Shown here piece by piece: positions 6,930 to 14,981 of a stretch of DNA of 32,000 bases; positions within the stretch are counted from its first letter, which is position 1; every line of letters begins with the position of its first letter. Position numbers and translations under genes: made by a program. The notes under the pieces are model-generated. The model made no database searches and was not told the DNA's origin. It saw nothing but the letters and a program-made list of their open reading frames with translations. This stretch comes from Candidatus Thalassarchaeaceae archaeon (GTDB lineage Archaea > Thermoplasmatota > Poseidoniia > Poseidoniales > Thalassarchaeaceae). The DNA is taken from positions 120,001 to 152,000 of the forward strand of contig JBJLBP010000001.1 in assembly GCA_045568075.1 (NCBI GenBank). The letters are read 5' to 3'.

Positions 6930-8096
6930 TCACAGGTCGTTGATTCCGAAGGCCTGGACTCCACCCTTCAGGGTGACGTCGCCAACGGTCTTACCGAGGA
7001 CATTGCCGATTCCGGCGCCCGAGGCAAGTTCGAAGATTCGATTGCTGACCTTTCCAGCGAAGACGATTCCTTGCGCGCCCTCAGCATCTGTCAGAGCAGA
7101 TTCGAGACCGGCGGCACCGACTGGTTCGCTACCAGAGCCATCCTCAAGGACGATAATCGCTTGATTTCGCTTTAGGCCATCCATCATGCCAGCCCAGCCC
7201 TTGACATCATCAGGGGCTTCGAGCGCGGCGGAGCCGCGTCCGACTGACTTGTCGTCATCCTTTGCCATTTCAGCGGTAATTCGGGAGACAGCCTTGTTCG
7301 CCGCTTCCTTCTGATTCAAGCACTTGGTGACAACCTTGCCTTCGAGGTGTTCGACCTCTCGGCTCTGCGGCGCCATTGCAACGTGTGTCAGTGACTTGCC
7401 GAGGCTGCCACTAATCTCCATCAGAAGTAGACGGCCGCCGCGGTCCCCATCGAGGAATGCGGTGACGCTCTTCTTCTTTCCAGCCAATTCGATGAGCTCC
7501 GGCTTGAGGCCAGATCCCATTGTAGCGACTGCGTTCTTGATGCCGAACTTCAGCAGGTTACGAACGTCGTTTCGCCCCTCGACGATGATAATCGCCTCGG
7601 AATTCTTCACATTCGGTCCAGCGGTCATTCCGTGGAACTCGATTTCGGTGTCCACTGTTAGGACCGCACGGACCTCGTCGAGGATATTCTTCGACTCGTC
7701 CGCACCCGTCTCGATCATTTCCATCAGCAGAGACTTTGCCCTGTCGATGACGGTATCTCTCTTTGCAGAGTGAATGTTCTCAATTCGCTGTACACGGATA
7801 ACTGCCTTGCAAGGCCCAATTCTGTCGATCGTCTCAAGCGCAGCCCCGATTACAGCGGTGCTGACTTGGTCGATGGACGAAGTCATGGTGATTTCACCCT
7901 TGACTCGTCCCTTGTTGTTGTTCAGATTCACATCGACGTGTCCGATGCGTCCGGTACGCTGCAATTTGCGCAGCTGCAGATCCTCTCCGAGCAGACCCTC
8001 GGTCTGCCCAAAGATCGCTCCGACGACATCCTTGCGAGCGACTGTGCCGTCCGCCTTGATGGTCGCGTGAATCACGTATTTTCCTTCATTTGCCAT
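6930..8096 (-). CDS. dnaG: Archaeal DnaG-type TOPRIM protein (DNA primase DnaG / exosome-associated)
   Basis: Canonical archaeal DnaG N-terminus 'KYVIHATIKADGTVARKDVVGAIFGQTEGLLGEDLQLRKLQRTGRIG'. TOPRIM motifs 'IIVEGRNDV' and 'LDGDRGG' are present. I trimmed the start to the ATG at 8096 ('MANEGKY'); the track start at 8186 adds 30 non-conserved residues. Confidence 0.93.
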   Translation of the reverse strand: MANEGKYVIHATIKADGTVARKDVVGAIFGQTEGLLGEDLQLRKLQRTGRIGHVDVNLNNNKGRVKGEITMTSSIDQVSTAVIGAALETIDRIGPCKAVIRVQRIENIHSAKRDTVIDRAKSLLMEMIETGADESKNILDEVRAVLTVDTEIEFHGMTAGPNVKNSEAIIIVEGRNDVRNLLKFGIKNAVATMGSGLKPELIELAGKKKSVTAFLDGDRGGRLLLMEISGSLGKSLTHVAMAPQSREVEHLEGKVVTKCLNQKEAANKAVSRITAEMAKDDDKSVGRGSAALEAPDDVKGWAGMMDGLKRNQAIIVLEDGSGSEPVGAAGLESALTDAEGAQGIVFAGKVSNRIFELASGAGIGNVLGKTVGDVTLKGGVQAFGINDL

Positions 8097-8373
8097 GTTG
8101 TTTTCTCTCCTGCAGTCAGCCGGCCCCACTCGGGGGGCCTCGCGCTGTTTTCGCCTATTGGCGGTCAGTAAATGGGTGCTCAGCACCCGCGAGTGTGACA
8201 GGATTCCTGCAATCCGGGCGACCGTGCACCCCCCTTTGAACGCTCCGACTGTGCTTCGCTTTGATTATCGGAACACGAATGTGGGGTGGTGGATGATTCT
8301 CGCAAGACCATTTCAGGAAGGGGAAGCTCTCTCCTCGGACAAGTGATTTAGGGGGTGAGCCCTATGCATCGTC

Positions 8374-8841
8374 GTGGCTTACACGAAGGTTGGTCGGCTC
8401 GGCGTATTCAGAGGAGCCGTAGGCCTCGCTCTGCGCGATGGGTTGCTGTCGAATGGAGAGAAGCGATTGCTCGTCAAAATGGCCCACGCACTGCGTCTCA
8501 ACGAAGAACAACCCAAGGCCGCATATGACGCGGTATTGGCTGGTGAGGACATAGATGGAGGCGAAGATTTGGGTCTTGAGGAAACTCGCCGAGTCTACGA
8601 ACAGGTCCTTGAGGCCTTTCTACTCCACACAGACCGCTCCGAAGCCGAGCTCATTCTCGTCGCTTACCTGCGCCACACGTTCAACATCGATGATACCGAG
8701 CACCGTGCTATTGCGAGGAGTATGGATCGTCAACTAGACCAAGTGGTTCATCGCACGGTTGCGGAAGATTTCAGGATGAAATTGGATGACTCGATGGAGC
8801 GGCTTGGAAAAATCTTCGCTGATATCATCGTCAATAATTGA
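8374..8841 (+). CDS. Hypothetical helical protein, possibly TerB-like
   Basis: ORF with a GTG start. 'DGLLSNGEKRLLVKMAHALRLNEEQ' resembles the TerB/DjlA-N type repeat (D-G-x-x-x-x-E). The assignment is tentative and from memory. Confidence 0.55.
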   Translation: MAYTKVGRLGVFRGAVGLALRDGLLSNGEKRLLVKMAHALRLNEEQPKAAYDAVLAGEDIDGGEDLGLEETRRVYEQVLEAFLLHTDRSEAELILVAYLRHTFNIDDTEHRAIARSMDRQLDQVVHRTVAEDFRMKLDDSMERLGKIFADIIVNN

Positions 8842-8855
8842 GGCGTGGATGAGGT

Positions 8856-9497
8856 ATGGCGAAGGATCCGCTCGACGAATACTTCGATTCGGTTAGCGCT
8901 CGAGGTCATCATCACGCTCGTCGGCTTGCGAAGGTTGTCCGAGCGGCCTATCCGATTGGAGTTCCAGCCTTGATCATGAAATCGAGCACCGATCGCTTCG
9001 GCGAAGCGGCTGGATATTCCTTTCACCTCGGAACCCCTGATGAGAACCTTCGGCGCATTGCCTCATGGTTGCTAACAAATGCTGGGAGCAATCAGAAGGT
9101 TCTGCTCAAACTCGTCTCGCGGCTGTGGAAGAGGCACGGGCGAGAAGATGTTGCTCTTGCCGCGCTACTCATAGCCAACCTCGATCACAAGCGACTGGGG
9201 TCCGATCCATGGGGCCTTTTGGCCTCTAATATCTCGAGAAAAGAGCCTGCTGAGGCATTGTTGTTGACGATTGAGGAGGTCCTCAGAGCGGGTCGGCCAC
9301 TTCCCTCTGATGAGACGCTTCTCGCATGGTGTAGCGGTCGAACAATCGATGGTCATCTCGCCCTGATGGTGCTTCATGCCGCAACGGTTCGAGGCGAGAG
9401 AGTGAGTTCTGATGTAGCGCAGGCCGTTCAGTCTGTGTCAGTGCCGCCGGGAGATTCACTCCTCGGCCGAATCAAGGCTCGAGTCGTCGCTGGTTGA
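8856..9497 (+). CDS. Hypothetical all-helical protein, tentatively AlkD-like HEAT-repeat (DNA alkylation repair-like)
   Basis: ORF of 213 aa. 'RLWKRHGREDVALAALLIA' resembles the 'LW....RE..AAL' segment of AlkD-family proteins. This is weak, memory-based similarity only. Confidence 0.5.
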   Translation: MAKDPLDEYFDSVSARGHHHARRLAKVVRAAYPIGVPALIMKSSTDRFGEAAGYSFHLGTPDENLRRIASWLLTNAGSNQKVLLKLVSRLWKRHGREDVALAALLIANLDHKRLGSDPWGLLASNISRKEPAEALLLTIEEVLRAGRPLPSDETLLAWCSGRTIDGHLALMVLHAATVRGERVSSDVAQAVQSVSVPPGDSLLGRIKARVVAG

Positions 9498-9742
9498 GCC
9501 AAGTTCAAGCGCTCTTTGTCCTGCCGCGAGTCATGAGCGAACGCTTGCTGCCTTCGGATGATCCGATTGCTGAGCAAGTGCTCGAATGGACGATCCAGCG
9601 CGACTCGGCTGACATCAGACAATTGATGCGCTGGATCGAGCGCAGCGATGGACGCAAGGAGAGGCTGACGCTGCTAGCACGCGCATCGGAATTGATGGAA
9701 GAAATCCGTTACGCGATGCAGAGGCTTGACGACTTGCGGTGA
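9494..9742 (+). CDS. Hypothetical small helical protein
   Basis: ORF with a TTG start overlapping the upstream stop by 4 nt. The more likely ATG start is at 9533 ('MSERLLPSDD'). It ends 4 nt before the MobA-like start. Confidence 0.45.
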   Translation: MSQVQALFVLPRVMSERLLPSDDPIAEQVLEWTIQRDSADIRQLMRWIERSDGRKERLTLLARASELMEEIRYAMQRLDDLR

Positions 9743-9746
9743 TACC

Positions 9747-10316
9747 ATGCGCGCGCTGCTATTCGCCGGAGGCCGAAGTAAGCGAATGGGGCGGGACAAA
9801 TCCCTGCTAGAAGTCGATGGAATTCCTTGCATTGCGAGGGTAGTTGCGGCCCTTGTCGAGGCTGGCTGCGAGCCGATTCGTATCGCTGTAGCTCAGCCGG
9901 AGGATGTCGAAAGGTACGGAGCAGTTCTACCGGCTGGAGCAGATGTCGAGTGGGTCTTGGATGCCGTTCCACACGCCGGTCCCATCGAGGCTATGGTTGA
10001 GGCATTGAGCGACCCATTGGTCGGTGAAGTTGAGTCGGTTCAATTGTGTCCAGTTGATGTTCCGTGGATTACCGCCGAGCTCTTTGGCGAGCTCGAAAAA
10101 ACTCTCGGCTCTGACGATTTATTGGCCATCCCCGCAGACCCTCAACGAACACACCCTTTGCTCGCTCGGGTGCGCCCCGCGCTGGCTTCCGCGATTGGAG
10201 ATGATCGCCGGCCACTGCACATTCAATTTGGCGAGTTAGAGCATTCAACGCTGCTAGCTGACCCGCTAATTTTACGGAATGTGAATACGCCGGCGGATTT
10301 GTCTGGTTCAGACTGA
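9747..10316 (+). CDS. mobA: MobA-like NTP transferase (molybdenum cofactor guanylyltransferase family)
   Basis: N-terminal signature 'LLFAGGRSKRMGRDKSLLEVDG' matches the GG.S.RMG.DK nucleotide-binding loop. The length of about 190 aa is typical. I trimmed the start to the ATG at 9747. Confidence 0.8.
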   Translation: MRALLFAGGRSKRMGRDKSLLEVDGIPCIARVVAALVEAGCEPIRIAVAQPEDVERYGAVLPAGADVEWVLDAVPHAGPIEAMVEALSDPLVGEVESVQLCPVDVPWITAELFGELEKTLGSDDLLAIPADPQRTHPLLARVRPALASAIGDDRRPLHIQFGELEHSTLLADPLILRNVNTPADLSGSD

Positions 10317-10949
10317 AAAATCGCCGGCTGCGAGCCTGTCTAGAACCTCAGGATAGAGGACATGCTCGACTCTTTTGATGCGTTCTTGAAGATCGCTGAG
10401 AGTATCTTCGGACTGAATCGATACCTCTCGCTGGGCTAGAATATGTCCGCTATCAACACCCTCATCCACTAGATGAACTGTGCATCCCGAGACTGTTGCA
10501 CCATCGGCAAGAGCGTCTCGATGGGCGTGGGCGCCTGGATACTTCGGTAGGAGAGAGGGGTGGATGTTGACCAGCCGCCCCTTCCAGTGTCGAACAAACT
10601 CTGGCGTTAGAATTCGCATGTAGCCTGAAAGCACAACGAGTTCGACATTCGCCGCAGTGAGTGCCTGGTGGATTTTCTCCTCATGCGCGAGTCGCCGCTC
10701 AACCTTGTCAGCCATCTCAGGAAGTGGAATACCATTGGTAGAAATTCCTCGTTGACGCCCGTGCTCGAGCCCACCGGCACCCTCTGAATCTGCAATCACA
10801 AGAACAGTCTGGTGGGCTCGGTCGCCCGAGTCCTGATACCGAAGAAGAGCAGCCAGACCCGACCCGCCTCCTGAGATTAGCACCGCCAATCGAAGCGGGT
10901 CTTCAGGAGAGGCGACGCGCGGCAGCACGTAACCCTCAGTCATGGCCAC
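10308..10949 (-). CDS. purN: Phosphoribosylglycinamide formyltransferase
   Basis: 'LAVLISGGGSGLAALL', 'VLSGYMRIL' and 'NIHPSLLPKYPGAHAHRDAL' are formyl-transferase motifs. The 3' end overlaps the mobA-like 3' end by 9 bp in convergent orientation. Confidence 0.92.
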   Translation of the reverse strand: MAMTEGYVLPRVASPEDPLRLAVLISGGGSGLAALLRYQDSGDRAHQTVLVIADSEGAGGLEHGRQRGISTNGIPLPEMADKVERRLAHEEKIHQALTAANVELVVLSGYMRILTPEFVRHWKGRLVNIHPSLLPKYPGAHAHRDALADGATVSGCTVHLVDEGVDSGHILAQREVSIQSEDTLSDLQERIKRVEHVLYPEVLDRLAAGDFSV

Positions 10950-11086
10950 GCGTCGAGAATCATCCGCTTGAGAATTGGGGCGCTCACACCACCTTTCTCA
11001 AGTGGGTGATTGCGGTCTTTCACGCCGCATCGACCACACTCAGTTCGCCTCTCACTTTATGTCCATAAGGCGGCGCGAGAGAGAAC

Positions 11087-11524
11087 ATGGAGCGCCTCGA
11101 GTCCGTTGACGAGGTAGTCGCGAAATACGCGAAAAAAACTACTACGTTACGTCGACGATTATATGTCGCAATAGGCTCTCTGTTCGTCGGTTTCTCGTTC
11201 ATTGGAATCTTCGTCCCTGGATGGCCGACGGTGTCTTGGATGGTGCCTGCGGCGTACCTGTTTTCCCTCTCGGATGAGCGGTTCTTCAGGTGGACTTTGA
11301 CAAACGGTATTGTTGGTGACAAGGTCTTCGAGTACTACGCTAATGGCAAGACGCTTCCTCGCCACGCAAAGAATGGAATTATTGGATTCATTACACTAAT
11401 GTCCGCCGTCTCGATTTACGTTGTCTCAATAGCTGGAGATCCTGGATATGGGCAGGCTACGATTGCTATCGCCTGGTTAGTTGGTGTTTGGTGGCTATGG
11501 AAGAAAGTTCCAGCCAGAAATTGA
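11087..11524 (+). CDS. DUF454/YbaN-family small membrane protein
   Basis: 'VGFSFIGIFVPGWPTVSWMVPAAYLFSLSDERFFRWTL' matches the YbaN pattern (G..LP.lPT..f...A...F...S.rf..Wl). Further hydrophobic helices follow. Confidence 0.75.
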   Translation: MERLESVDEVVAKYAKKTTTLRRRLYVAIGSLFVGFSFIGIFVPGWPTVSWMVPAAYLFSLSDERFFRWTLTNGIVGDKVFEYYANGKTLPRHAKNGIIGFITLMSAVSIYVVSIAGDPGYGQATIAIAWLVGVWWLWKKVPARN

Positions 11525-11598
11525 TTGTCGGAAAGTTCCGCTTATGGTCAAGAGATAGTACAATAAACCCTGAATTTTCTCTAGAAGTTAGGTGACGG

Positions 11599-12852
11599 TT
11601 GTTGGACGCTAATGAGTTCATCAGAGAAGTCGAGGACTTCGATGAATTTGGCACTGAAACCGTGTTCGAAGATTACGAGTGGGAAGTAAATGAACGCTCA
11701 GGAGTAACTCGCAAGGCCATTAACGAGTTCTGGACGAGCGCTCAAAGACAAGGCAATAGTCTGCATGAGATATCTTACCGAGCCTGTTTCAAACCACAAC
11801 TCCCTGGCTTCTTCATCTCAAGACTCACGGAGGTTGGTGAGGGCGTTTACGACCCATTCATGGGAAGAGGAACTACGCTGCTCGAGGCGTTCTTGCAGGG
11901 AAGAAAGCCACTTGGCAACGACATAAATCCACTCAGTGCTGCACTACTTGAGCCAAGGATTAATCCACCCACATACGAAGATGTGGAGGCTCGGCTGAAT
12001 CAAATCGATCTGGGGGTAGCAGAGGAGAGTTACCCCGAATTAGAGGTGTTTTTCCACCCTGATACGCTTAGACAAATTATTGCCCTGAAAGAATACTTTC
12101 TCAGAAGGGAATCGTCAGGTGAAATCGATAATGTCGACAAATGGATTCGCATGGTTGCAATAAACAGACTGACCGGTCATTCGCCTGGTTTCTTCTCTGT
12201 ATATTCACTACCTCCAAATCAAGCGGTGTCGATAAAGAGCCAAAGAAAAATCAACGAAAAGAGAGAGCAAACTCCTGAATCTAAAGAGATTAAACCGAGG
12301 ATTCTCAAGCGAACGAAAGCATTGCTAAAAGATTGGAATGGGGCCCCACTGAATCACACTGGCCTCGATCTTTCACCATCATTGACAGTCGAGGATGCGG
12401 CCGGCGCTATGAGTATCCCGAGCTCGTCTGCAGGTCTGGTTGTGACCTCCCCGCCTTTCCTAGACGTTGTCGACTACCAAGGAGACAACTGGATGCGATG
12501 TTGGTTCTTGGGAATCGATGCTTCGACTGTTGAGATTACTGAGTTGAAGAAGCCTGAGGATTGGAAAGCAAAGATGACTGAAGTCATGCGTGATCTGAGT
12601 AGAATCCTGAAGCCCAGTGGTTACCTCGCCTTCGAGGTTGGAGAAGTCACTTACAAGAGAGAAAAGTTGCTTCTTGAAGAATTAGTTCTTGAGGCGGGAG
12701 TAGAGGCTGGATTAGAGCCAGTAATCATCATGATTAACGATCAGGAATTCACCAAGACTTCGAATGCGTGGGGCGTTGACAATCTATCGAAAGGAACCAA
12801 TACCAATCGTATTGTCATCTTTGAGAATGTTACAAATCATTTACCAAACTGA
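11599..12852 (+). CDS. DNA methyltransferase of the N4-C/N6-A amino-MTase family, permuted motif order (motif I before motif IV)
   Basis: SAM motif I 'VYDPFMGRGTTLLEA' sits near aa 85 and is preceded by 'YRACFKPQLPGFFISRL', the PF01555-type 'H.A.FP..L' segment. Catalytic motif IV 'VVTSPPFLDVVDY' sits near aa 285. TTG start after AGGTGA. A sampled 60-nt line gives about 45% GC by hand count. Confidence 0.85.
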   Translation: MLDANEFIREVEDFDEFGTETVFEDYEWEVNERSGVTRKAINEFWTSAQRQGNSLHEISYRACFKPQLPGFFISRLTEVGEGVYDPFMGRGTTLLEAFLQGRKPLGNDINPLSAALLEPRINPPTYEDVEARLNQIDLGVAEESYPELEVFFHPDTLRQIIALKEYFLRRESSGEIDNVDKWIRMVAINRLTGHSPGFFSVYSLPPNQAVSIKSQRKINEKREQTPESKEIKPRILKRTKALLKDWNGAPLNHTGLDLSPSLTVEDAAGAMSIPSSSAGLVVTSPPFLDVVDYQGDNWMRCWFLGIDASTVEITELKKPEDWKAKMTEVMRDLSRILKPSGYLAFEVGEVTYKREKLLLEELVLEAGVEAGLEPVIIMINDQEFTKTSNAWGVDNLSKGTNTNRIVIFENVTNHLPN

Positions 12853-13303
12853 GGAATTTAGTTCTCGGAATCTTGCTGTTTTTGCCCAGATCACCGCTAT
12901 GCCACCATTGTTTCACTGTCTCATATCGAATGATCCAGTACGGCATTTCTGGGAAGCGTGTGATGTCGGTGACAAAGTATCCCTCAACATCATCGAGTTT
13001 GTCTAGGAATCCCAATTCATCGAACTTGCGCCCGGAACCTACCATGTATGAAGGACAAAAGTAGATGCCCCCCTTAGTGAGGCTTCTAACTTCCCAATTT
13101 CCGCCATCTGCATCAATCAGGTCGAAGCCCGAGCCTTCGCTTGGGGCCAATTCTGAGCCGGGCATTGATTCGACTGCTCGGCGCTCAATTAGGAAGGAAA
13201 CTCTACGCCCATCAGTGAAGTACTTTCGAGTATCTTCTAGAGAAATATGCAACGACTCGGAAATTGCTTCCAGATCAAAAGTTAGCCAGCCGCTGGGTTG
13301 CAT
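12830..13303 (-). CDS. Small PD-(D/E)xK-like protein; candidate restriction endonuclease partner of the adjacent methyltransferase
   Basis: 157-aa ORF convergent with the MTase, overlapping its 3' end by 23 bp. 'FLIERR...GFDLIDADGGNWEVRSLTKGG' fits an E...D...E-x-(K/R) nuclease-core pattern. I recognise no family, so the call rests on context plus a short motif. Confidence 0.5.
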   Translation of the reverse strand: MQPSGWLTFDLEAISESLHISLEDTRKYFTDGRRVSFLIERRAVESMPGSELAPSEGSGFDLIDADGGNWEVRSLTKGGIYFCPSYMVGSGRKFDELGFLDKLDDVEGYFVTDITRFPEMPYWIIRYETVKQWWHSGDLGKNSKIPRTKFLSLVNDL

Positions 13304-13341
13304 AATTGTGGGAAATATGGGGCATTGAAAAGACTTCTTAG

Positions 13342-14934
13342 TCAGTGAAGGAAGAGCCTCTGCCCAGTGAATATCATCGCCATTCCATGCTCATCAGCAG
13401 CATCGATTGATTCCTGATCTCGCATCGATCCTCCTGGCTGAACAACTGTAGTCACGCCAATCTCATGAGCGGTGTCAATACCATCACGGAATGGGAAGAA
13501 GGCGTCTGACACCATCATCGAACCCTTGGCTCTCTCGCCGGCTCTTCGTGCTGCAATTCGAACTGCCTCAACTCTGCTGGTTTGACCCGGCCCAACTCCT
13601 ACTGTTGCAAAACCTGTCTCTGTCTGAGCAACCAAGACAATCGAATTCGACTTGACTTCGGAAAGAACAGTTGAGCCAAACCGTGCGAGTGCTACAAGGT
13701 CGTCATTGGCTGGTGCCTTGGTGACGCAACGGACTGCTGACCAATCTACAGATGGAGGGCCTTGGACTTGGGCGACCCACCCTCCATCGAGCTGGCGGAT
13801 TCTCACCTCGTCTTCGCGTGGTGTGAAATTCTCTAGAGTGAGCATCCTTCGATTCTTCTTTTCGGAAAGGATTGCGAGTGCATCGGCTTCGTAGCCGGGG
13901 GCGATGATGCACTCGAGGAAATGACCGCCGATTGCTTCGGCGGTCGCCTTCTCGACAACGCTCGTGAAAGCGATCACACAGCCGAATGCAGATTCGGGGT
14001 CGCTTGCAAGAGCGTTCTGCCAAGCACCAACCTGCGTTGCGTCAATTGCCGCTCCGCAGGGATTTGTGTGCTTGATGACGACGCAGCCTTGTGGGCGCGC
14101 TTCGTCGGTGTCGCGGAGCAATCCGCGTGCGATCCGAAGCGCACCATCAAGGTCGAGATAATTGTTGAATGAAAGTTCCTTGCCGCCGTGCTGCACGGCT
14201 GCGGCCAAGCCAATTGGACCCGTGGCACTGGCACCTGGATAGAACGCAGCCGGCTGGTGAGGATTCTCTCCATATCGCAGTTCTGTTCCGGTCTCGCTGG
14301 CAACGTGGATGCGGCTTGGAACGTCTGGCGAGTTGAATCTCTCATCCAACTCGCCGCTAACCGCCGCATCGTAAGCGGCAGTGGTTTGGAAGGCTTCCAA
14401 CGCCAATTGTTTGCGAGCCTCTAGGCTGACTCCTGATGGGTCGCCATTGGAAGCCTCCAATGCCCCCAACACTGAGTCATATTGCTCAGGCGAAGTTAGC
14501 ACCAAGCAATCCTTGTGATTCTTCGCCGCTGAACGGATCATCGTTGGCCCGCCAATGTCAATCATCTCAATCAATTCAGCATCTGGAGCTGGCGGGTCCT
14601 TCGCAGCCACTGCTTCGAATGGGTACAGATTGACACAAACCAAGTCGACCGTGCGATATCCCAGCTCTTCGAGCATCTCCATGTCGTCTGCACGGTCGCG
14701 ACGGACTAGGATACCACCGTGTACTGCGGGATGTAGAGTTTTGACCCGTCCGTCGAAACATTCCGGATGTCCAGTGGCATCACTGACATCGATGACCGGC
14801 AAGCCTGCCTCACGCAAAGCACGCGAGGTTCCGCCCGTCGAGAGTAATTCCCAGCCAAGGGAGTTGAGGGACTTTCCAAGTTCGACAATCCCCTCCTTGT
14901 GGAAGACGCTGAGCAGAGCGCGGGGCGCTGTCAT
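13342..14934 (-). CDS. purH: Bifunctional AICAR transformylase / IMP cyclohydrolase
   Basis: 'ALLSVFHKEGIVELGKSL...LLSTGGTSRALREAGLPVIDVSDATGHPECFDGRVKTLHPAVHGGIL' is the canonical PurH N-terminal domain, and the C-terminal AICARFT domain is also present. I trimmed the start to the ATG at 14934; the track extension to 15084 overlaps the thermosome 3' end. Confidence 0.95.
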   Translation of the reverse strand: MTAPRALLSVFHKEGIVELGKSLNSLGWELLSTGGTSRALREAGLPVIDVSDATGHPECFDGRVKTLHPAVHGGILVRRDRADDMEMLEELGYRTVDLVCVNLYPFEAVAAKDPPAPDAELIEMIDIGGPTMIRSAAKNHKDCLVLTSPEQYDSVLGALEASNGDPSGVSLEARKQLALEAFQTTAAYDAAVSGELDERFNSPDVPSRIHVASETGTELRYGENPHQPAAFYPGASATGPIGLAAAVQHGGKELSFNNYLDLDGALRIARGLLRDTDEARPQGCVVIKHTNPCGAAIDATQVGAWQNALASDPESAFGCVIAFTSVVEKATAEAIGGHFLECIIAPGYEADALAILSEKKNRRMLTLENFTPREDEVRIRQLDGGWVAQVQGPPSVDWSAVRCVTKAPANDDLVALARFGSTVLSEVKSNSIVLVAQTETGFATVGVGPGQTSRVEAVRIAARRAGERAKGSMMVSDAFFPFRDGIDTAHEIGVTTVVQPGGSMRDQESIDAADEHGMAMIFTGQRLFLH

Positions 14935-14981
14935 ACAACGGCGTAGCCGCATCCGGCTTGAAGTGTTCGCGGAGGCCAATT

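Noticed and set aside
8095-8346. 83-aa plus-strand ORF filling the dnaG upstream intergenic region.
   Set aside because: It has no recognisable motif. It starts inside the dnaG start region and is dominated by the hairpin-forming GC-rich sequence. I treated the region as non-coding and possibly a structured RNA instead.
8097-8373. Possibility that the structured intergenic region is SRP (7S) RNA, RNase P RNA, a tRNA or a C/D-box sRNA.
   Set aside because: I found no GGAA-tetraloop helix-8 motif with complementary flanks; 'TCAGGAAGGGGAAGC' is only superficially similar. There is no GAGGAAAGUCC-type CR-I, no cloverleaf and no RUGAUGA/CUGA box pair. The region remains unclassified.
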